64,000 bases of DNA, from IMG/VR virus record IMGVR_UViG_3300024517_000019, positions 2,370 through 66,369 of that record. The stretch is one strand, 5' to 3'. The position numbers and the translations under genes are program-made. Shown piece after piece: positions 40,460 to 49,642 of this stretch. A model generated the notes under the pieces. It was not told where the DNA came from, did no database searches, and saw nothing but the letters and a program-made list of their open reading frames with translations. The DNA comes from a virus. How positions within the stretch are numbered: position 1 is the first letter of the stretch; each line of letters opens with the position of its first letter.

Positions 40460-40760
40460 AGTCAAGACCTTCAGGCAGTGGCACAGTGCCTGGAGTGAAA
40501 TGCTTGTTGACCTGGACAAGAGGATCTCCACGTCAGAGGGACTGGAGAGCAAGAGCACTGAAGAGCAGCAGGCTTATGCTTTTGCTCGATCTTACGCTGG
40601 GCTGGAAATGGCAATTGACAGCTTGGCCAACATGGCTGGAGCACCACAGAAGGAGGCGGATGAGATGTGCAATCTCATCTGCGAGATCCTGCACAAGAAG
40701 GCAGTTATGAACGGAGTGTGTGAACCACGGAAACCTGAGGGAGAACGCTATGGAGAATGA
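40449..40760 (+). CDS. Hypothetical protein
   Basis: GGAGG RBS, GTG 40449. Confidence 0.55.
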   Translation: MTTKVKTFRQWHSAWSEMLVDLDKRISTSEGLESKSTEEQQAYAFARSYAGLEMAIDSLANMAGAPQKEADEMCNLICEILHKKAVMNGVCEPRKPEGERYGE

Positions 40761-42213
40761 AGAATCTGAAGTAGACGTTGATCAGCTCATCTCTGATCTT
40801 CTTGAAAACAAGCCTGTTGGCGTATCGGTTATCGACGACGAGTACGACGATGACATGCCCGGTACGTTGCAGATACCTGAGAGCCCAACTGCTCTCGTCC
40901 TGGATAGGTGGTCTCTTCGTATCGGTGAAGAGATCCTTGAGGACAACCCTGGCATCAAGGACATCCTGGCTAAGGAGCCTGGCAAGAAGGTTAAGCCTAA
41001 GGAGTACGACGACATGATCCTCAAGGCAGCGGACTTTCATGCTGCTGCTTTTGAGCCTGTCCCTGAGCTTGCAGAGAACCCGACTGACAAGAAGATTGCT
41101 CTGTACATGGAGCAGTTGATGTCCACCCCTGAGTTCCAGCAGCTTCACCATGAAACCTGTTTGGACCCAGTTGCTAGTGAGATGGCCTGTGCCCACTTCG
41201 CTAAAGGCTGGAAGGTTGTCGTTGAGACTGACCCTGGCGAAGGGGACGGTGGTGATGGCGACGGTGACGGTGGCTTCAAGGAGGGACTGCGAAACCTCAA
41301 GGCTGCCAGTGACGCCCTCAAGGACGCTGACGCTGAAGTGAACGAGTGGCGTGACATGGAGAAGATGTTCGGCATGGGTGGTGGTGGTTCCATTGCCAGC
41401 AAGATGCCAAAGGATGTGATCCAGAAGTGGTTCCAGAAGATCAAGGACAACGAACAGCTTCGTAAGATCCTTGAGTTCGCTGGTAGCTTCAGGCGTCTAG
41501 CACAGGCTAAGCAGCGTCAGAAGATGATCCACGGCATGGACGAGATCTCTGGCATTGAGATGGGGAACAAGATCCCTCGCTTGCTGACTAGTGAGAAAGC
41601 TCGCCTTGCTGACGAGGACCTTGAGTGGCTGATGCTCAAGAAGATTGTTGACCGTATGGCTCGAATGAAAAAGCTACGGTCAATCGAAGACGAGATCCGG
41701 GGTGCCATTGTCTGCATCGTGGATGAGTCTGGTTCGATGAACGGCCATGCTATTGCTCAGGCCAAAGCAATGGCACTGGCACTTTACTGGGTAGCTCAGC
41801 ATCAGAAGCGATGGTGCTGCCTGATTGGCTTCTCTGGTGCAACCGAGGGTAACTTCCTTGTACTGCCACCTGAGGAACCGAAGCAGGATGAGCTACTTGA
41901 ATGGCTTGCCCACTTCTACGGAGGTGGCACAGATATGGACGTACCTCTCAATGAGCTACCTGCGAAGTGGGATTCTCTGGGGACTCCCAAGGGACGGACT
42001 GACATCATCCAAATAACAGACTGCTGTTGTCATGTCCCTGAGGCGACTGCCAAGAGCTTCAATAAGTTCAAAGAGGAACGTGAGGTGAAGATGACGACTA
42101 TCGTCATCGGCGGAGACGAGGCTGGGCCACTTGAAGCTGTCAGCGACAGGACCTACAGCTGTGCTGACTTGAGTCTAGACAATGATGCGGTCGGTGAGTC
42201 ACTGTCGATTTAG
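40750..42213 (+). CDS. VWA-domain protein (ViaA-like partner of the AAA ATPase)
   Basis: MIDAS motif VDESGSM, plus GGGTD and IIQITD. Confidence 0.88.
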   Translation: MENEESEVDVDQLISDLLENKPVGVSVIDDEYDDDMPGTLQIPESPTALVLDRWSLRIGEEILEDNPGIKDILAKEPGKKVKPKEYDDMILKAADFHAAAFEPVPELAENPTDKKIALYMEQLMSTPEFQQLHHETCLDPVASEMACAHFAKGWKVVVETDPGEGDGGDGDGDGGFKEGLRNLKAASDALKDADAEVNEWRDMEKMFGMGGGGSIASKMPKDVIQKWFQKIKDNEQLRKILEFAGSFRRLAQAKQRQKMIHGMDEISGIEMGNKIPRLLTSEKARLADEDLEWLMLKKIVDRMARMKKLRSIEDEIRGAIVCIVDESGSMNGHAIAQAKAMALALYWVAQHQKRWCCLIGFSGATEGNFLVLPPEEPKQDELLEWLAHFYGGGTDMDVPLNELPAKWDSLGTPKGRTDIIQITDCCCHVPEATAKSFNKFKEEREVKMTTIVIGGDEAGPLEAVSDRTYSCADLSLDNDAVGESLSI

Positions 42214-42223
42214 GTGGTCCATA

Positions 42224-42481
42224 GGTTGCCCTAGTCACACAGGGCAACCGCTTGGCCCATTTGAATGAACAACAACGCAACAACATAAGGAGACACGTCA
42301 TGGGCTAGTTGAGCGTTAGGTGGATTGGCCGAGTCCACCGAGTCACTGAAGCGGCCTGAGGGGCTCATGACCCTGATGGTTGAATAGGTGGCGGAAGGCC
42401 CAGAGATGAGGATCGCTACCTCGTCAAAGGCTAGGCGACGATCGGTTAAGGCGGCTACGGGGGAGGGCCTGGTCTCCCCGT
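42224..42481 (+). ncRNA. Candidate structured RNA/leader upstream of tRNA, containing a Met-Gly minigene
   Basis: No ORF. Hairpins GGTTGCCCT/AGGGCAACC, GGTGGA/TCCACC, GATGAGG/CCTCGTC and GGGGAG/CTCCCC. AAGGAG-N7-ATGGGCTAG. Confidence 0.35.
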
Positions 42482-42486
42482 TATGT

Positions 42487-42559
42487 GCCAGTGTAGCTCA
42501 GTTGGAAGAGCAACTGTTTTGTGAACAGTAGGTCGTCAGTTCGAATCTGACCTCTGGCC
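42487..42559 (+). tRNA. tRNA-Thr(TGT)
   Basis: Cloverleaf: GCCAGTG/CTCTGGC acceptor, GCTC/GAGC D arm, ACTGT-TTTGTGA-ACAGT anticodon arm, GTCAG-TTCGAAT-CTGAC T arm. No encoded CCA. Confidence 0.85.
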
Positions 42560-42582
42560 CTGGAAGAGATGAGAGGCATCGT

Positions 42583-42614
42583 GGCCAGGGGAAATTCCCC
42601 TGGCCTTTTCTTTG
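42583..42614 (+). terminator. Rho-independent terminator after tRNA
   Basis: GGCCAGGGGAA-A-TTCCCCTGGCC followed by TTTTCTTT. Confidence 0.75.
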
Positions 42615-42630
42615 TTGCAAGGAGAACGAC

Positions 42631-43635
42631 GTGGCTGAGAAGTTGATCGTTGTAGCCTGGGGTGAAGACTCCGTGGCTGAGTCGAAGATGAGATCGATGG
42701 GGGTGACCTACAAGATGGTCAGGTCTGTCCATATCGAAGAGATCGATGTTGCGGCAAGTCGTCGCAACAACGCTCGGCTGATGGACCCTTACGAGGACGC
42801 CCTGGCTCATGAGTACGCTGACGCCATGGCTGCAGGGGATCGCTTCCCTGCAATCATCATCGTCAAGCGAGGTGGCCGGAAGACCAACAAGTACATGGTC
42901 CTCTCTGGCAATCACCGCTTGGGTGCAGCTATCGACTGTGAGCAGGAAGTTGTTGACGCCTACATCCTGGACGACTGGGATGAGAAGGCGAATGACATCA
43001 TCGCTCGTTCTGCCAACCGCTGGACCGGCAAGCGACAGGAGCGTGACGAGGCTCTTGAGCATGCTCGGTTCTTGATTGAAACCTACAAGCTGACTGTCCC
43101 GGCTGTAGCACCGCTACTTAGCCTGAAGGTTTCCTGGCTGAGTGCAGCTCTTCGGGCTGAGCAGATTCGATCTGGCCTGGTGGACCTCAATGTCAGAGGG
43201 GTTGAGAACCTGCCCCACGTATCCCTTCATAAGCTCAATAAGCTGAAGGGCTCCAAGGACGTAATGGCGGTCGCTGCTGAAATAGCGGTCAGTCGTGGCC
43301 TCACGTCGGAGCGGATTGTGACCATGGTTGAGTCTGTCGCCAAGCAGTCCAATGACGACAAGAAGCTCACTGCCTTGGCCAAGATGGACGATACCTTTGT
43401 TAGTGAGGATGGTGTCAAGGCACCACGGGCTGTTGTCACGCCTTACAGGACTCGCTTCCTGAAGGCACTCAACAACCTGCATTCGATCGTCTGCTTGGGC
43501 AACTCTGGAGAGCCCTTCGACAACCTCAAGCAGCTTCAGATCACCAGCTCTGACGACAGGGCAATGGTGAAGCGACGAATGAAGGAAATGTGCGACCGTC
43601 TCTCCAAGATCACCGGAGTGAAGATCGGAGGCTAA
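42631..43635 (+). CDS. ParB/Srx N-terminal domain protein
   Basis: FPAIII..YMVLSGNHRLGAA motif, followed by an HTH-like region. Confidence 0.75.
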   Translation: MAEKLIVVAWGEDSVAESKMRSMGVTYKMVRSVHIEEIDVAASRRNNARLMDPYEDALAHEYADAMAAGDRFPAIIIVKRGGRKTNKYMVLSGNHRLGAAIDCEQEVVDAYILDDWDEKANDIIARSANRWTGKRQERDEALEHARFLIETYKLTVPAVAPLLSLKVSWLSAALRAEQIRSGLVDLNVRGVENLPHVSLHKLNKLKGSKDVMAVAAEIAVSRGLTSERIVTMVESVAKQSNDDKKLTALAKMDDTFVSEDGVKAPRAVVTPYRTRFLKALNNLHSIVCLGNSGEPFDNLKQLQITSSDDRAMVKRRMKEMCDRLSKITGVKIGG

Positions 43636-43636
43636 C

Positions 43637-44107
43637 GTGGCTGGCATGAACCCCCTGCAGCAAGCCGTTCAGGCCATCCTTCTTGACCGGCAATGGCACT
43701 CTATCAGGGAGATCAGGAAGAAGGTTGACCACTTGATCACCCCTGAGAGAGCGGCTGTCGCCTACAGGCATTCAGCCAGAACCAACCGGAGCAAGGGTGG
43801 TAAGGAGAAGAGTGAAAACCCTACTCCAAACGAAACGGTTGAGGTGGGCAAGACGTACGTCGTCTACCACATGCTGAGGAATATGACGAAGCCCTCGGCT
43901 CAAGGCCACTTGGCAGGAATGCTGGAGCACACCGGATACGGTATCAACCGAGCTGTCCGGCTGTACGCCTGGTTCTGCTGTAACTGCGGTGGCAAAAGCT
44001 TTAACAGCATAATGTGCGAGGGTTGCTACAAACTTGTAGGTGACCGTCGCATTGAAATGCTCCCAGATGCCCTTATCGCCGGAGAAGCGAATGACACCGA
44101 CTCCTAA
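43637..44107 (+). CDS. wHTH-like protein with C-terminal Zn ribbon (paralogue 1)
   Basis: LLDRQWHSIREI..HLITPE..TGYG..CCNC..CEGC. Confidence 0.6.
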   Translation: MAGMNPLQQAVQAILLDRQWHSIREIRKKVDHLITPERAAVAYRHSARTNRSKGGKEKSENPTPNETVEVGKTYVVYHMLRNMTKPSAQGHLAGMLEHTGYGINRAVRLYAWFCCNCGGKSFNSIMCEGCYKLVGDRRIEMLPDALIAGEANDTDS

Positions 44108-44258
44108 GGCAGAGTTCAACGGATCTCTTGCTGCCCTTCGGGACGCCTTTGACCTGAAGGACTTTCACATCCAAAAACTGGAGGACGAAATAGACGAGTT
44201 GAAAGAGAAGCTTGCGAACTATGAAGCGATGGATGAGTCGCTTAAACAGTCTGGGTGA
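44091..44258 (+). CDS. Small coiled-coil protein
   Basis: GGAGA RBS, ATG 44091. Confidence 0.5.
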   Translation: MTPTPKAEFNGSLAALRDAFDLKDFHIQKLEDEIDELKEKLANYEAMDESLKQSG

Positions 44259-44315
44259 TGCCACCCTGCTCCCTGTAGCGAGGGAGCACAGTAGCATCAT
44301 TTTGGGAGAACGAAC

Positions 44316-44729
44316 ATGCTATCGAAGCCTGCACCGAAACCAAAGACGGTGTCCTATATCCTCAGGAATCTCCTGTTGGATCGAAGGTGGCACACTCATG
44401 CAGAGATCATGGGGCTAGTAAAACACCTCATTCGGCCTGAGGCTGCTGTTAGGTCATACGAGAACAACGTAAAGAATCACTCTGACAAAAGCCTTGCCTA
44501 CAAGGTGCTCAAGGGAACCGTCTATGCTGCCAGTGAGCAAATACGGGCATCGGTTAACGACCGAAGCCGAACTGGTGTCTACGAGAGGACGGGGTACGGA
44601 AAGAAGGCCTGCTATCGAATGAAGGGAGCGTATTGCTCGAACTGCAGAGAGCCAGGTGATTCTGTACTGTGCAAGGCATGCAGAAAGCTAACGGGTATCA
44701 AGGACGTACAAGAATGGCACAAGGGCTAA
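44316..44729 (+). CDS. wHTH-like protein with C-terminal Zn ribbon (paralogue 2)
   Basis: LLDRRWHTHAEI..HLIRPE..TGYG..CSNC..CKAC. Confidence 0.6.
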   Translation: MLSKPAPKPKTVSYILRNLLLDRRWHTHAEIMGLVKHLIRPEAAVRSYENNVKNHSDKSLAYKVLKGTVYAASEQIRASVNDRSRTGVYERTGYGKKACYRMKGAYCSNCREPGDSVLCKACRKLTGIKDVQEWHKG

Positions 44730-44750
44730 CGGTGGTTTGATGTCCACCGG

Positions 44751-44797
44751 GGCCAGACGTGTGGCGTTCTCCGGCGTCTGGCCTGCCCTGTTTTTTT
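44751..44797 (+). terminator. Rho-independent terminator
   Basis: GGCCAGACG...CGTCTGGCC stem with a T7 run shortly after. Confidence 0.5.
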
Positions 44798-44812
44798 GGA
44801 TGGAGAATTGAA

Positions 44813-45112
44813 ATGACAATGAAGGAGCTACCGCTGGCGATCAGTAAGCACCAGCACATCAACACGAAATGTCACCTCTGTGGTGGCTTTCACCGGGAAC
44901 AAGAGACGCTCAAGGGCATCTACGAGATAGTCGGATTCGAAGGACTGTTCGTAGTTGCTCGGAAGAACCGCAAGAAGGCCGTGCGTGAAGCGATCGACTC
45001 AGCTACTGGGAAGGTGCTTCGCTTCACCCCTGTGAAGCGATCAGTGATTACCGAGGCCTTTGACGCCATTGGCGAAGAGCTGATGGAGTACGCAGAACCA
45101 GCTCAAGAGTGA
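44813..45112 (+). CDS. Hypothetical protein
   Basis: GGAGA RBS, ATG 44813. Confidence 0.55.
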   Translation: MTMKELPLAISKHQHINTKCHLCGGFHREQETLKGIYEIVGFEGLFVVARKNRKKAVREAIDSATGKVLRFTPVKRSVITEAFDAIGEELMEYAEPAQE

Positions 45113-45468
45113 GAGAACCGATCCACCTCTTCCTCAGTGATCGCTTCAGGTGCTCGTCCCCTGATCAGGTTAACCGCGACCCGGTCGTAACCTTCGGGAT
45201 CTGAATATTTCTTTAGTGCCAACTGGCGAGCAATGGGCCACTGCGAATAGTCGTCCATGTCGTCATGGTGAGCCCTGCACAAATGCAGCAAGCAGGCTCG
45301 CACTTCTATCGCCTTATTCCTGGCAGGACCACGTGCAATCTCGTGAACGTCCGTAGCTAAGCGGTCACAGTCTGACCGCTGGCACCAGGGATACAGGCGA
45401 CGGTACTCGTCACGCACTGGCAGGGCCTCCCTGTCCTGCTTCAGTGTCTTGAGTGACCTTCTTCTCAT
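45103..45468 (-). CDS. HNH-like Zn-binding nuclease
   Basis: CQRSDC..ATDVHEI..LLHLCRAHH. Confidence 0.6.
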   Translation of the reverse strand: MRRRSLKTLKQDREALPVRDEYRRLYPWCQRSDCDRLATDVHEIARGPARNKAIEVRACLLHLCRAHHDDMDDYSQWPIARQLALKKYSDPEGYDRVAVNLIRGRAPEAITEEEVDRFSHS

Positions 45469-46111
45469 CTAACTCCGCCCACTTGGACTCGATCTGCTGG
45501 TACAGGTCGTCTCGATGCGGCCTGGTAATCAATCGCCCATCAAACCTCTCAGCCACCCTGTCCTTTAGTTTGGCCAATGCACCTATGTCAGTGCAATCAG
45601 CAATGGCCTTCTGTGCAGCACGGACAACGCCTTCAACGTCCTTCTGCTTCTCTGCTTCAGCGACGTACATTTCGTCGTCCCAGGCACCAAGGAACACGTC
45701 AGCGTTGAACCCAAGCATACTCAATGCCTTGCTACGGGTATTTGTGAGAAGCTTCTTGTGGCACTGCTGGTTCGGAGTCCAGAGCATGTCGTTGGCAATG
45801 GGAAACCTGGAGCCTGGAGCGTAGAACGTGGCAATGAGAATGAGTGACGCCTTGCCGCCTGTCTCAGTAATACTCCAGCTCAGTTCCTCAAGCCCCCACT
45901 TGCCGCCATACGGTCCCCACTCTGCCGTTGCCAGCATGAGTTGATACTGCGGATCGGGACTGTTGAACTTATAGCCAATGCTGACCTGCTTGACGTAGTC
46001 TGCGTCCGTGGCTCTGTTCCTCAACCAGAGGCTAAGGTTCTCCCTGCTCGCCTCATTCTCTTCAGCGTGACGGACATCCACGTCATGCGTCTTCACTCTG
46101 TCCTTACCCAT
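45410..46111 (-). CDS. Single-strand annealing protein (Rad52/Sak-like)
   Basis: ATAEWGPYGGKWG..KKLLTNTRSKALSMLGFNADVFLG; adjacent to the exonuclease. Confidence 0.65.
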   Translation of the reverse strand: MGKDRVKTHDVDVRHAEENEASRENLSLWLRNRATDADYVKQVSIGYKFNSPDPQYQLMLATAEWGPYGGKWGLEELSWSITETGGKASLILIATFYAPGSRFPIANDMLWTPNQQCHKKLLTNTRSKALSMLGFNADVFLGAWDDEMYVAEAEKQKDVEGVVRAAQKAIADCTDIGALAKLKDRVAERFDGRLITRPHRDDLYQQIESKWAELDEKKVTQDTEAGQGGPASA

Positions 46112-46706
46112 TTGCCTTCTCCAATTGCTTGAGCACTAGGTCACGGAACTTGATGATCCTGTCGGCCAACTCTTCTATCACTGCTTCGTCTCGATCTACC
46201 CGTACGATCACCAACCCCTTGTCTTTCATTCGAGGGTCATACGAAACAAAGTCACACCACTGCTTGCCCGTTACCCACAGTTGACCCTGAACCTGATCAA
46301 TGTACTGAGGGGGAACGGTCTTCTTTAGCAAGGTGCGAACGTGCTCCCTGGTTGTGTAGGGGCACTTGATTTCCACCAGGCCTTCTTCGGCAGTAAGGCC
46401 ACCGTCGGGAGAGGCACCGATCCAGCGTTCCACAGGGTGAGGGTAGAACCCTTTCTCGGCGACATCTCTCCCTGTCTCGAAGATGTAGGTGTTGCGAGCC
46501 TCATCTTCGTAGTTGTTGCCCCAGTCCATGGCTTTGCTACGGGCAGAGCCTGCTTGCTGACCGGTCATGTGTTCGCCAACCAACTCGTAGAGATAGTTGT
46601 TGGCAGTACCGGTCCAGCCTCCACCAGACTTCTTGATCACAGGGAACATACTCGCTGTGACGTAGCCAACTCTGGCCTGAATCCATTCGGGCGTGTTCTG
46701 TTGCAT
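46104..46706 (-). CDS. YqaJ/lambda-Exo-type exonuclease
   Basis: QNTPEWIQAR..TAS, AMDWGNNYE, GASPDG, VEIKCP and QVQGQLWV. Confidence 0.9.
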   Translation of the reverse strand: MQQNTPEWIQARVGYVTASMFPVIKKSGGGWTGTANNYLYELVGEHMTGQQAGSARSKAMDWGNNYEDEARNTYIFETGRDVAEKGFYPHPVERWIGASPDGGLTAEEGLVEIKCPYTTREHVRTLLKKTVPPQYIDQVQGQLWVTGKQWCDFVSYDPRMKDKGLVIVRVDRDEAVIEELADRIIKFRDLVLKQLEKANG

Positions 46707-46708
46707 GG

Positions 46709-48223
46709 CTACACCTTTGAAACGCTCAATTCACCATTCGTAACCTGAGCACCAAACACATACAGACCATGAGTCTGTGCATACTCTGCCAGCTCTTTGC
46801 GATCAGCTGGCGGTAGATCCTGGTAGGTTCGCTGCGGGACAGGGAACACACCGGGTGACGGCAGCCGGGGGAGTAGCTCACTGATAGAGATCAGTACTCG
46901 CTCACCGTCACTGAGTCCGTCATCCTGATCGAACAGAGTGTTCTTGCCACGCTCATGGTCAACCACCAGGCGAGGGTTGCCTTTGATGTTCTTGATGCGA
47001 ATGTGCTTCGTGTCCATCTTCTTTGTGATGATGTCGAACACACTCTTGGCGTTAGCACGATGCTCACCTGCCTTCTTCATCAGTCCCTTGGCATGGTCGC
47101 CATGTTGCTTCGCCTTCTCTTGCGAACGAAGGGCGTCACGTACTCGCACTCCCTGCTCTTGTGCCAGGCGAGCTTCATTGAGGCATGTCTCCGCTGCTTC
47201 AATCGTTGCCTCATCAACTGGGACTGACGTTTCCTTCTTGAGTTCAGCTTCGTACTTAGCGATGAGCTTCTCGTGAGCCACCACAATATTGAGCTTCTCT
47301 TCAAGGTTGACTGCCTTATCCGAGGTCTGTTGGCATCGTTCCTTCTGGACCCTGAACGTCTCTTGAATGATACCCAACTCGATCGAAATCTTGTCAAGGT
47401 CGCTAAGGCTCTGCTCTTGCTCTGACTTGACCAGGCTGATCTGCTTCTCAATCTCTTCTCGACTCGCAGCAGGAGAAGACTCCCTGTGAACGTCAAGTCG
47501 CTGTTCAGCTTCTCGACGCTGGTCAACCGAAGCTTCGTAAGCCGCCTTCTGCTCTGACAACTTGGTCAACTCATTGGCACTGTCGATGACCTTGCCGTTG
47601 AGCTTGTCAGGGTCACATTCCTGGCCGAGATCAAGGCCTTCTGTCTGGTCAGAGAATCCCTTGGCGTAGCCTGTTTCGACTGACGCCTGGGACTCGTACA
47701 GCTTGGCCTGAGAGTCGATCTTATCCTTGACTCGCTGAGTCATCAGGACGGGATCTGAGGTGGCCTGTATGCCCATGTCTTCATAAGCCATGCGACCGCC
47801 GCATATCTCATGGAAGTCCTCTGGCTGAAGCGTCAGGCCGCTGAGTGTGGCAAGAGCCTTGATACGAACGGCGTCTCTTGTGACAGGCGTCTTTCCTGAG
47901 GGGTCGATCAGGTCTACCAGATCAAACTTCTCAGCATCAAGAACACTTGCTTCAAGCTTGCCAACTTTCTTGCGACGAGATCCGACAGGAACGGTGGCAC
48001 CAAACCCACTGATCTCTCCTTCGGGTTCAGAGTCGTTGACAGTCAGTGCTGTCTTGCAGCCTGAGAGCACTGCCAAGCATGACAAGATTGTGCTCTTCCC
48101 CTTCCCTTTGCCTCCTTGCAATTCGTACAAGCCTGGACCGTCGAGTCCCAGGTCAAACAGCCCTTCGATTGGGCCGACGTTCTCCACCGTGAAACGCTCG
48201 TCAGTCAGTTGATTCTCCGTCAT
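46709..48223 (-). CDS. SMC/Rad50-like ATPase with long coiled coil
   Basis: VENVGPI, GGKGKGKST Walker A, central coiled coil, LSDGER signature. Confidence 0.75.
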   Translation of the reverse strand: MTENQLTDERFTVENVGPIEGLFDLGLDGPGLYELQGGKGKGKSTILSCLAVLSGCKTALTVNDSEPEGEISGFGATVPVGSRRKKVGKLEASVLDAEKFDLVDLIDPSGKTPVTRDAVRIKALATLSGLTLQPEDFHEICGGRMAYEDMGIQATSDPVLMTQRVKDKIDSQAKLYESQASVETGYAKGFSDQTEGLDLGQECDPDKLNGKVIDSANELTKLSEQKAAYEASVDQRREAEQRLDVHRESSPAASREEIEKQISLVKSEQEQSLSDLDKISIELGIIQETFRVQKERCQQTSDKAVNLEEKLNIVVAHEKLIAKYEAELKKETSVPVDEATIEAAETCLNEARLAQEQGVRVRDALRSQEKAKQHGDHAKGLMKKAGEHRANAKSVFDIITKKMDTKHIRIKNIKGNPRLVVDHERGKNTLFDQDDGLSDGERVLISISELLPRLPSPGVFPVPQRTYQDLPPADRKELAEYAQTHGLYVFGAQVTNGELSVSKV

Positions 48224-48398
48224 CTTTCTCCCTTTGCGTTTGGTCGTAAATCTCTTTCCTGTGGACGATCACATGCTTAGGGGCAGTGATCCCTATCCGT
48301 GCTCTGTCGAGGCTACTGTCAACCAACATGATTGTGACCAGGCCGTCACTCGTAACGATCACAATCTCTTCGCTCCGCTTCCGTTGCAGAACTAACAT
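48201..48398 (-). CDS. csrA: Carbon storage regulator CsrA (RNA-binding translational regulator)
   Basis: MLVLQRKRSEEIVI..ARIGITAPKHVIVHRKEIY matches the CsrA consensus MLVLTRK.GE.I.I..VRIGI.APK.V.VHR.EIY. Confidence 0.88.
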   Translation of the reverse strand: MLVLQRKRSEEIVIVTSDGLVTIMLVDSSLDRARIGITAPKHVIVHRKEIYDQTQREKDDGESTD

Positions 48399-48408
48399 GG
48401 CGATCTCT

Positions 48409-48699
48409 CTATGTCTTGGCGTCCGGCCTCTTGTGCTTTGTCCGACGCTTCGGCTTCTTGAAGGACGGGGGAGACAGTATCCTACGCTCCCCTGTCTCAT
48501 GATTCTCTGCGACCAGTTCGGTGAAGCCACTGATCTGTGCCTTCTGAATCTGCCTGGCGAGCACTATGGCATCCCGCATGCAGGTGGCGTAGTAGTCATA
48601 ACCACCGCCTTCCTTCAGCTCGTCTATCGCTTCGTTGTCACGTTCATTGAACGATATATGTCTCAGCACTGAGTTCCGGGCAGTTGGTTTCATGATCAC
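48409..48699 (-). CDS. Small RHH-like regulator
   Basis: RHISFNERDNEAIDELK..CMRDAI. First gene of the leftward operon; AAGGAG RBS. Confidence 0.5.
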   Translation of the reverse strand: MIMKPTARNSVLRHISFNERDNEAIDELKEGGGYDYYATCMRDAIVLARQIQKAQISGFTELVAENHETGERRILSPPSFKKPKRRTKHKRPDAKT

Positions 48700-48835
48700 T
48701 CTCCTTTATTCGATAAGGATAACGATAGCACCACAGGAGCACCAATACAACCACATAGCAGTATACGTTTGTGGTTTTAATTGCCTATTGACTGCTTGGG
48801 CCATATAGGACAGACTTCACTCCTCTTCGCTACTC

Positions 48836-49642
48836 ATGGAGACACGAGTGATTTCTAAACCAGTCCCAGTGGGCACCCTTCAGAAGCACCCTCTCACAGT
48901 CCAGATCTACTCCGACAAGCCAAATGACGACCTTCTCGAATCAATGAGGGACACGGTCCAGCAGGTGCCCATCATTGTTGCCGCTGACGGGAAGACCATT
49001 GTGGATGGGGCGAGCAGGTGGCAATGTGCCAAGATTCTGAAGTGGAAAGAGGTCCGCATTGTCGTCAGGCCTGACCTGGTTCACGACCTGGATATCAGGG
49101 TGGCACTGATCCATGCCAACACCCACCGTGAGAAAACAGTCGAGCAGAAGGGTCGTGAATACAAGGAACTGAAGCGAATAGAAGAGCTGAGAGCTGCCAA
49201 AACACAGGCGAAAACGTCTTCTCGTACTGATCCAGTACAAGCAGAACCCCCCAAGGGAGGTAGGCCCAGCACTGCTGCCGCAGCCAAGGTTGGATTAGGC
49301 AGGGACTCCGCCATCAAGGCTAGCAAGGTTATCGACGAGATCGATATCGCTGAAGAAGCCGGTGACACCGAGCGTGCTGAAGACCTAAGGGAAACCCTCA
49401 ATACCAACGTCACCAAGGCTCATGCCAAGGCTACCAGCAAAAAAGACAAGCCTGAGCCGACCGACGAGGAGTACGCTGCCGATCGGTTGAATGCCCTGGC
49501 CAACACCCTCTCCAAGATGGCTGGAACCCTAGCTGAGCTTAGGGAGCTGCTGGGAGGGCGAGTACCGGCTGATAAGTGGATTGAGGAGCTGGACGAAGTT
49601 CACATTGGAATGAAACGATGCCAGAAGCAACTGCTGAAGTAG
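48836..49642 (+). CDS. ParB-like N-terminal domain protein
   Basis: LQKHP..QQVPIIV..IVDGASRWQCAK..ANTHRE. Confidence 0.75.
   Translation: METRVISKPVPVGTLQKHPLTVQIYSDKPNDDLLESMRDTVQQVPIIVAADGKTIVDGASRWQCAKILKWKEVRIVVRPDLVHDLDIRVALIHANTHREKTVEQKGREYKELKRIEELRAAKTQAKTSSRTDPVQAEPPKGGRPSTAAAAKVGLGRDSAIKASKVIDEIDIAEEAGDTERAEDLRETLNTNVTKAHAKATSKKDKPEPTDEEYAADRLNALANTLSKMAGTLAELRELLGGRVPADKWIEELDEVHIGMKRCQKQLLK

Noticed and set aside
42370-42400. Hammerhead-like CTGATG core
   Set aside because: It lacks the CUGAUGA and GAAA core elements and matching stems.
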